Shown here piece after piece: positions 6,902-11,599 of a stretch of DNA of 11,599 bases. Below the pieces are notes generated by a model that saw only the letters and a list, made by a program, of their open reading frames with translations, had not been told where the DNA came from and searched no databases. The translations under genes were made by a program, and so were the position numbers. How positions within the stretch are numbered: the first letter of the stretch is position 1; each line of letters starts with the position of its first letter. This DNA comes from a virus, in IMG/VR virus record IMGVR_UViG_3300010882_000518; one strand, 5' to 3'.

Positions 6902-8566
6902 TTACCAATTGTATTCTTTTATTTTTGTAAAAGCTTGCAGTAATCCATCTTGAGTTCTTCCGTCAAATACCTTTGCACCAATTACCTTTGCTATATTATT
7001 AATTTCAGATTCATCTGCATTTCCAAGCATAATGATGTACACAGGTATAGCTTTTTTGTTGGTAGGCAAATATTTTTTGTAAGTATCATCAGCATTTCCA
7101 CTTGTCATTAACACAATAGATACATTACTATATTTACTTCTATCCATCCCATTTGTAATATTTAGTGCGTGTTGCATTGTTGAGTATATATAAGAAGTCG
7201 TAAAAATAAGTTTTTCTTTTGAAATTTTATTTATTAATTCTTTTGTAGTAATTCCACTTGTAATTTCATTGTCAAACTCCCAATGTTCCACTCCCATTGA
7301 ACTCATTGGAAAAACTGTAATTTTATCTTTATCTGAAAACTGAAGCATTTCTTTAGATGCTTCGTCTTTATTTAAAATATATTTCATTGCACCTACTAAT
7401 TGTTTATTTCCCTGTCCGGCCATGTTTTCAGAAAAATCTAAACAAAAAATTGTATACGATGGTTTTCCAAACGTTAGATTATATAATCTAAAAGATTGGG
7501 CGATTACATCAATATTGGGATATTTTATTGAAACTAGACTTTTAGTTGTATCTATTCCCCAGTTTGGGTTAAATATATTCTTATCTACATTATCATTAGT
7601 ACCTCCATACCATGTTCTTCTTCCTGTTTCCATTAATTTTTGCTGTACGGAATCACTTAATAGGTAATTTTGCATTCCTTTAAATATATCCTCTTTTCCT
7701 TGAGAGTTATCAACGTATGCAAATGGTGTGTCGTTAACGAATACTCCATCCTTTGGATATATTAAATAATAAGTTTCTAAATCATTTGCTTCTAACTTCT
7801 TATTAAGGTTAATCATCGAAGATTCATACCCTACAATTGCATCATATTTGTCTGAATTTAATACATCTTGTGAAAGATCTTCGGTGTTTGAAGAACCTAT
7901 GTGTATTTTTGAAAAGATTGTTTTTAAATCTTGTTGTACTTTGTCAACATTTATATTTTTCAGTGTTAGTATACCTTGAGTTTCTGTAAGGCTTTGTAAA
8001 AAAGTAAAATATGTAGATGCTCCCAAATTTGTTTCTGTCACAGGAGGCATTAAAAGATTAAGCTTAGATGATCTTATAGCATTTAATATATCTTTTATAT
8101 ATACATCTTTTGTTGCAAAGCCCAATTCCTTTACTTTTGATTTTTTTATACCAAATACTATTGGGTTTATATCGATTGACTTAGCATCTTTTGTAGAGTA
8201 TCCGTAGCTGTACAACATAGAGCTTTTATCGTTTAATAAAGAAAACCAAACAGAATTAGAGCAAAGTACTGCGTCATATTGTTTATTAAGATTATACATT
8301 GTATTTATTGCACTAGCATAGTCTATTTGTAGATTTATATTATTTTTCTTTGCATAATCCATTAGAATTGGCTCTAAGTCTTTATTTTCTGTGCTGGCTA
8401 TTATCTTGAAGTCTTTTTTTGGTACAGAAGTTGTTGTTTTCGCTTCATTGCTTTGTTTATTTGTTACATCTTTATTTATATCGTTTGTTATTGAAATTAT
8501 CATTATTATTAGTATTATCACCACTATAAAAATACTTGCAATAATATATATTTTTCTTTTCTCCAA
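6902..8566 (-). CDS. Membrane-anchored solute-binding-like domain fused to von Willebrand factor A (vWA) domain
   Basis: N-terminal TM (IYIIASIFIVVIILIIMIISI), then a binding-protein-like region (YDAVLCSNSVWFSLL...NPIVFGIKKSKVKELG...YDAIVGYESSMINLN), then a vWA-like region YTIFCLDFSENMAGQGNKQLVGAMKYIL...YSNVSIVLMTSGNADDTYKKYLPTNKKAIPVYIIMLGNADESEINNIAKVIGAKVFDG. TTG start with AGAGGT RBS. Confidence 0.75.
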   Translation of the reverse strand: MEKRKIYIIASIFIVVIILIIMIISITNDINKDVTNKQSNEAKTTTSVPKKDFKIIASTENKDLEPILMDYAKKNNINLQIDYASAINTMYNLNKQYDAVLCSNSVWFSLLNDKSSMLYSYGYSTKDAKSIDINPIVFGIKKSKVKELGFATKDVYIKDILNAIRSSKLNLLMPPVTETNLGASTYFTFLQSLTETQGILTLKNINVDKVQQDLKTIFSKIHIGSSNTEDLSQDVLNSDKYDAIVGYESSMINLNKKLEANDLETYYLIYPKDGVFVNDTPFAYVDNSQGKEDIFKGMQNYLLSDSVQQKLMETGRRTWYGGTNDNVDKNIFNPNWGIDTTKSLVSIKYPNIDVIAQSFRLYNLTFGKPSYTIFCLDFSENMAGQGNKQLVGAMKYILNKDEASKEMLQFSDKDKITVFPMSSMGVEHWEFDNEITSGITTKELINKISKEKLIFTTSYIYSTMQHALNITNGMDRSKYSNVSIVLMTSGNADDTYKKYLPTNKKAIPVYIIMLGNADESEINNIAKVIGAKVFDGRTQDGLLQAFTKIKEYNW

Positions 8567-8602
8567 GGAAATTACCTCTACTTTTTATATTTTTATAGTA
8601 TT

Positions 8603-8631
8603 AGTATACAATTGCAATGCATAAAAGTCAA
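8603..8631 (-). promoter_or_regulatory. Promoter of the vWA/XpaC/TelA operon
   Basis: Minus strand TTGACT (8626-8631), 17-nt spacer, TATACT (8603-8608), about 37 nt upstream of the TTG start. Confidence 0.8.
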
Positions 8632-8644
8632 GAATAATGAGTAG

Positions 8645-8712
8645 ATTAATTGCAATAAACGAAATAGCAATAAGTAATACATACAATAATGAAAAACTGG
8701 CTTTAAGAAAAA
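8645..8712. repeat. 68-bp copy of the 3' part of the small phage-associated ORF (source 1249-1316)
   Basis: Direct base-by-base alignment with 1249-1316 gives 66/68 identity (mismatches at 1267 and 1294), same orientation. Confidence 0.93.
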
Positions 8713-8731
8713 AGATAAATTATATTTTTAC

Positions 8732-8759
8732 TTGACTTTTTATAATTAAATTGTATAAT
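8732..8759 (+). promoter_or_regulatory. Promoter for the plus-strand gene at 8809
   Basis: TTGACT (8732-8737), 16-nt spacer, TATAAT (8754-8759). RBS GAGGGG precedes the ATG at 8809. Confidence 0.8.
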
Positions 8760-8808
8760 ATAAATATAGATATTGTATATAAAAATATTAAATAGAGGGG
8801 GATAAAAA

Positions 8809-9159
8809 ATGAGTTTAGTTGATCATAATCAAGATGTATCTGTTCCATATTCAATAGACGACACCTTTGATGCTCTTAAAAAGGCATTAGCAAATATAAA
8901 ACAATTTAAAGTTGATAGGGTTGATGATATAATGAAAATTATTTATGCAAAAGCAGGAGTTAGTGTATTTTCTTGGGGAGAAAAAATCACAATTCAATTA
9001 CAAGAAAATGACAAAGGAACAGCTGTGTCAGTCTTATCAACTCCAAAAACAGGCGTAATGCTTGGTGGTATGATGGATATGGGAAAAAATCGTAAAAATA
9101 TAGATACATTACTAAATGCACTATCTGATGAATTAAAAAATTATCAAAAAAAGAACTAA
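8809..9159 (+). CDS. Conserved-looking small cytosolic protein of unknown function
   Basis: Strong promoter and GAGGGG RBS. Alternating alpha/beta pattern (YSIDDTFDALKKALANIKQFKVDRVDDIMKIIYAKAGVSVFSWGEKITIQLQENDKGTAVSVLSTPKTG), with no TM or signal peptide. Confidence 0.75.
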   Translation: MSLVDHNQDVSVPYSIDDTFDALKKALANIKQFKVDRVDDIMKIIYAKAGVSVFSWGEKITIQLQENDKGTAVSVLSTPKTGVMLGGMMDMGKNRKNIDTLLNALSDELKNYQKKN

Positions 9160-9326
9160 ATTATTATAATAATTACTTTTCAATATCCTTAAAAGTATAA
9201 AGGGGTATGCGTTTTTATTCTTAGTTTGATAGTATAGAAAACATTGAAGAACAATATCAAAAAATTAAGCAAATTATTGAAACAGGAACAAAACCTTAAT
9301 AAACTTAATAAGAGGTGGAAAAGTAA

Positions 9327-10169
9327 ATGGAAAAAATAAAAGAATGGATTAAAATCCATAAAATATTATCAATTATTATTGTGATGCTGATTATAGGTAT
9401 TATAGGTGTCCCAATATCAATTATTACAGCTGATCAAAGAATGAGTAAAATTGAAGAAGCAATAAAAACTGGAGATTATGCAACCGCAAAAACTATGCTA
9501 GATGACGAATTAAGTGTTAATTTAACGCAATCTAAACCATATTTATTATATGCGGATTATTATATTGCATTGAAGGAATATTCAAACGCTGTTGATATTT
9601 TGGGAAAAGGTCTAGAAAAAATACCATATAATACAATACCAGATAATTATACTCCTGTAAAAAGTAAACTTGCTGAAATAAAAGATAGGTACTCAACTGA
9701 AATTGAAACTGAGATAAAACAGAAAGAAGCTGATAAAATTGCTAGGGAACAAGAATTGGCTAAACAAGAGGAAGAAGCCAATAAAAATCGTAGTGAACAA
9801 GAAAAACAAGAACGTACAAACTTCATAGCTTCAAGTAAAACCGTAGACTGGAAAGAGCTAGTTCGTAATCCAGAGCAATATAAAAACCAACCAATAAAAG
9901 TAGTTGGCGAAATAGCACAGGTAATGTCTGGAGGTTGGTTTACAAAAGGAGTTCGTTTATATGAAGATTATGATATAAAAGGTAGTACATGGTTACAAAA
10001 AGAATGGTACATTGCTATTGATGTTGAAAAAAACACTCCGAAGATTCTCAAAAATGATATAGTAATCTTTTATGGAACATATACAGGAACCACTGAGATA
10101 ACAAGAGCAATAACTAAAACGAAAGATACCGTTCCTACTCTTGATGTGAAATATTATGAGATAAAATAG
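9327..10169 (+). CDS. Membrane-anchored protein with TPR-like helical region, charged coiled coil and C-terminal OB-fold-like domain
   Basis: N-terminal TM (ILSIIIVMLIIGIIGVPISII). Helical repeats (RMSKIEEAIKTGDYATAKTMLDDEL...YLLYADYYIALKEYSNAVDILGKGLEKIP), an E/K/Q-rich coil, then VDWKELVRNPEQYKNQPIKVVGEIAQVM...KNDIVIFYGTYTGTTEI. AGAGGTGG RBS. Confidence 0.75.
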   Translation: MEKIKEWIKIHKILSIIIVMLIIGIIGVPISIITADQRMSKIEEAIKTGDYATAKTMLDDELSVNLTQSKPYLLYADYYIALKEYSNAVDILGKGLEKIPYNTIPDNYTPVKSKLAEIKDRYSTEIETEIKQKEADKIAREQELAKQEEEANKNRSEQEKQERTNFIASSKTVDWKELVRNPEQYKNQPIKVVGEIAQVMSGGWFTKGVRLYEDYDIKGSTWLQKEWYIAIDVEKNTPKILKNDIVIFYGTYTGTTEITRAITKTKDTVPTLDVKYYEIK

Positions 10170-10196
10170 AATTATTTTTAAGTAAAGAAATCACAA

Positions 10197-10227
10197 AAAG
10201 TCATAGTATATCATAAATAAAATATTT
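10197..10227 (+). repeat. Copy of the GTCATA promoter-like block (source 1780-1810)
   Basis: AAAGTCATAGTATATCATAAATAAAATATTT aligned to AAAGTCATAGCATGTCATAAATGAAATATGC, about 5 mismatches in 31 by eye. The first two GTCATA/ATCATA boxes keep the 10-bp spacing. Confidence 0.6.
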
Positions 10228-10292
10228 TATCATAGAAAATGACGACAAATATAATATCAATCAAAAAAATTAGAAAAAGGAGAATTAAAATA

Positions 10293-10364
10293 ATGGGACA
10301 GGCATCAGTAATTAATGGATTGCAGCTAGCAGAAAAAGTAAGGTCAGACGAAATTACTAGATAA
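10293..10364 (+). pseudogene. Short 23-aa ORF resembling the N-terminus of FolD (methylenetetrahydrofolate dehydrogenase/cyclohydrolase)
   Basis: AAAAAGGAG RBS then ATG: MGQASVINGLQLAEKVRSDEITR*. The pattern [IV][IL][ND]G..[LV]A..[VI]R resembles FolD N-termini, then is truncated immediately. Confidence 0.35.
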
Positions 10365-10377
10365 ATTTCAAAACTTT

Positions 10378-10412
10378 AAAAGGATGTTCAAAAGATTGGA
10401 ACATCCCTTTTT
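10378..10412. terminator. Intrinsic terminator, probably bidirectional
   Basis: GGATGTTC (10382-10389), 9-nt loop, GAACATCC (10399-10406), followed by CTTTTT and preceded by an A-rich tract. Lies between the 23-aa ORF and the end of the minus-strand gene at 10430. Confidence 0.85.
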
Positions 10413-10429
10413 AATATTTTAATATATTT

Positions 10430-11599
10430 TTATTTTGCTTGAAACTTTACAGATAATCCGCCAGATATTTTAACTTGATCACCATTTTCAAGTGTTAAAT
10501 TATTAAACTTTTTAGTATAAAAACTTAAACTACTAACACCAAAAACTTCATTTACTTTAAGTGTATCATAATATGTTCCTGAGCTTGTTACTACAAAATT
10601 ACCGTTTCCGCTAACTGCACTACAATCATAATCTCCTGGTTGTATATCTTTTGGAACAGTATATGTACCAGTACCTAGAGTTTTAGTTCTTGCCTTTATA
10701 TCTGCTTGTTTTGCTTTGGCTGCATCATCTGCTTGTTTTTTAGCAATTAAACCTTTGACTTCTGTTATTTGACTTTGCCATGAGTCAAGTTTGTCATTAA
10801 AAATTGTACCAACGCAGAAAGTATCAATTGAATCTTGTGCTTCTGCTAAATCTTCTGTAGAAAAATTCTTTTTTGCAGTACTAATTGAGGAATCGATAGA
10901 GTCTGAAACACTTTTAATGTATGCAGCTACTCTTTGATTCATAGTATCTATTTCACCATCAATGTTAGTGTTGCTTTTTTGTGTTAAATCATCCATATCA
11001 GAAGAACTTAATTGATTTTTTTGTTCGTAATTACATTCGTTTACAATAGTATTAAAAGAGTCCTCATATTCCTTTACTTGTGCTTCTGAAAATTCAGAAT
11101 TTAATATTAACACACTGTTTTTATTAATAATACTATAATCATTGCTATATATAAGGCTTATCAAAGCACCATATTGTTCTTCTGTGAAGTTTTTACTATA
11201 TGCTGTTTGTAAATTATCTAAATAATCTTTATATAATTGAGCTTCAGATTCATTGTCAAACACAAGTATCATACCAGCATTAAATTGATTATCTTTTTCT
11301 TCTGCTATTCTAGAGTCTTGAATGTCTATTCTTGAAGTGTTTGGGATAATGGTACTAACTAACGTAGATACTTGATATCCCATGTATCCTTCAGGTACTT
11401 GCATTTCCTTTATTATTCCTTCTGCATCTAAATCAGTGTATTTAGATTTATTTGAAGCAACTATGCTTACAACTATTACAAGGACAACAATTACACAAAC
11501 AATCGCAATAATTATATTTCTCATTTTCTTTGATTTTCTTACTTCATTCTTAGCTTTTTCAACCTTTTCATTTTTTTCAACTTCTTTTACTTCTTCCAT
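10430..11599 (-). CDS. Membrane-anchored extracellular protein with C-terminal beta-rich domain; start at the window edge
   Basis: Charged cytosolic N-terminus, TM (MRNIIIAIVCVIVVLVIVVSIVA), long helical ectodomain, and C-terminal GTYTVPKDIQPGDYDCSAVSGNGNFVVTSSG...NLTLENGDQVKISGG. The ATG lies exactly at the window end, so the true start could be outside. Confidence 0.8.
   Translation of the reverse strand: MEEVKEVEKNEKVEKAKNEVRKSKKMRNIIIAIVCVIVVLVIVVSIVASNKSKYTDLDAEGIIKEMQVPEGYMGYQVSTLVSTIIPNTSRIDIQDSRIAEEKDNQFNAGMILVFDNESEAQLYKDYLDNLQTAYSKNFTEEQYGALISLIYSNDYSIINKNSVLILNSEFSEAQVKEYEDSFNTIVNECNYEQKNQLSSSDMDDLTQKSNTNIDGEIDTMNQRVAAYIKSVSDSIDSSISTAKKNFSTEDLAEAQDSIDTFCVGTIFNDKLDSWQSQITEVKGLIAKKQADDAAKAKQADIKARTKTLGTGTYTVPKDIQPGDYDCSAVSGNGNFVVTSSGTYYDTLKVNEVFGVSSLSFYTKKFNNLTLENGDQVKISGGLSVKFQAK

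Noticed and set aside
7422-7667. 81-aa plus-strand ORF
   Set aside because: Antisense within the vWA fusion gene, no independent support.
8391-8624. 77-aa hydrophobic plus-strand ORF
   Set aside because: Antisense to the TM-encoding start of the vWA fusion gene and its promoter; hydrophobicity is explained by the complementary TM codons.
8603-8760. CRISPR array or mobile-element terminal repeats at the divergent promoters
   Set aside because: No repeat-spacer periodicity. The inverted similarity is explained by two related divergent promoters, and no transposase or integrase is encoded in the window.

Overview
Low-GC Firmicute window, probably Clostridioides/Peptostreptococcaceae-like (inference from codon use and protein flavour). 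It has three parts. (1) 1-3832 is a decayed siphophage-like control and tail remnant. It contains a frameshifted ImmA/IrrE-like gene, an XRE repressor with a divergent switch region, a small membrane ORF, a degraded sigma/ArpU-like gene, a YjcQ-like protein, a truncated GP20-like scaffold protein, a tail tube protein and an overlapping tail-assembly chaperone pair. Tape measure and all later tail genes are absent. (2) 3840-8631 is a tight minus-strand operon: an anchored orphan solute-binding-like + vWA protein, an XpaC-like membrane protein, a second anchored solute-binding-like protein, and TelA, ended by a strong hairpin. (3) 8732-11599 holds membrane and cytosolic accessory proteins of mostly unknown function. 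The best candidate system is the XpaC/TelA operon with two transporter-less binding-protein-like receptors (one fused to vWA), divergent from a plus-strand unit with a near-matching promoter. The divergent unit is marked by two short sequence copies of the phage control region (68 bp with 2 mismatches, and a GTCATA promoter-like block), which suggests it was built by recombination in a phage control region. Other signals are an array of CTGAA-N5-TTCAA operators, a 10-bp phased GTCATA triplet and a potentially bistable GC-rich RNA structure between tail genes. All family assignments come from sequence recognition only; no database search was run.
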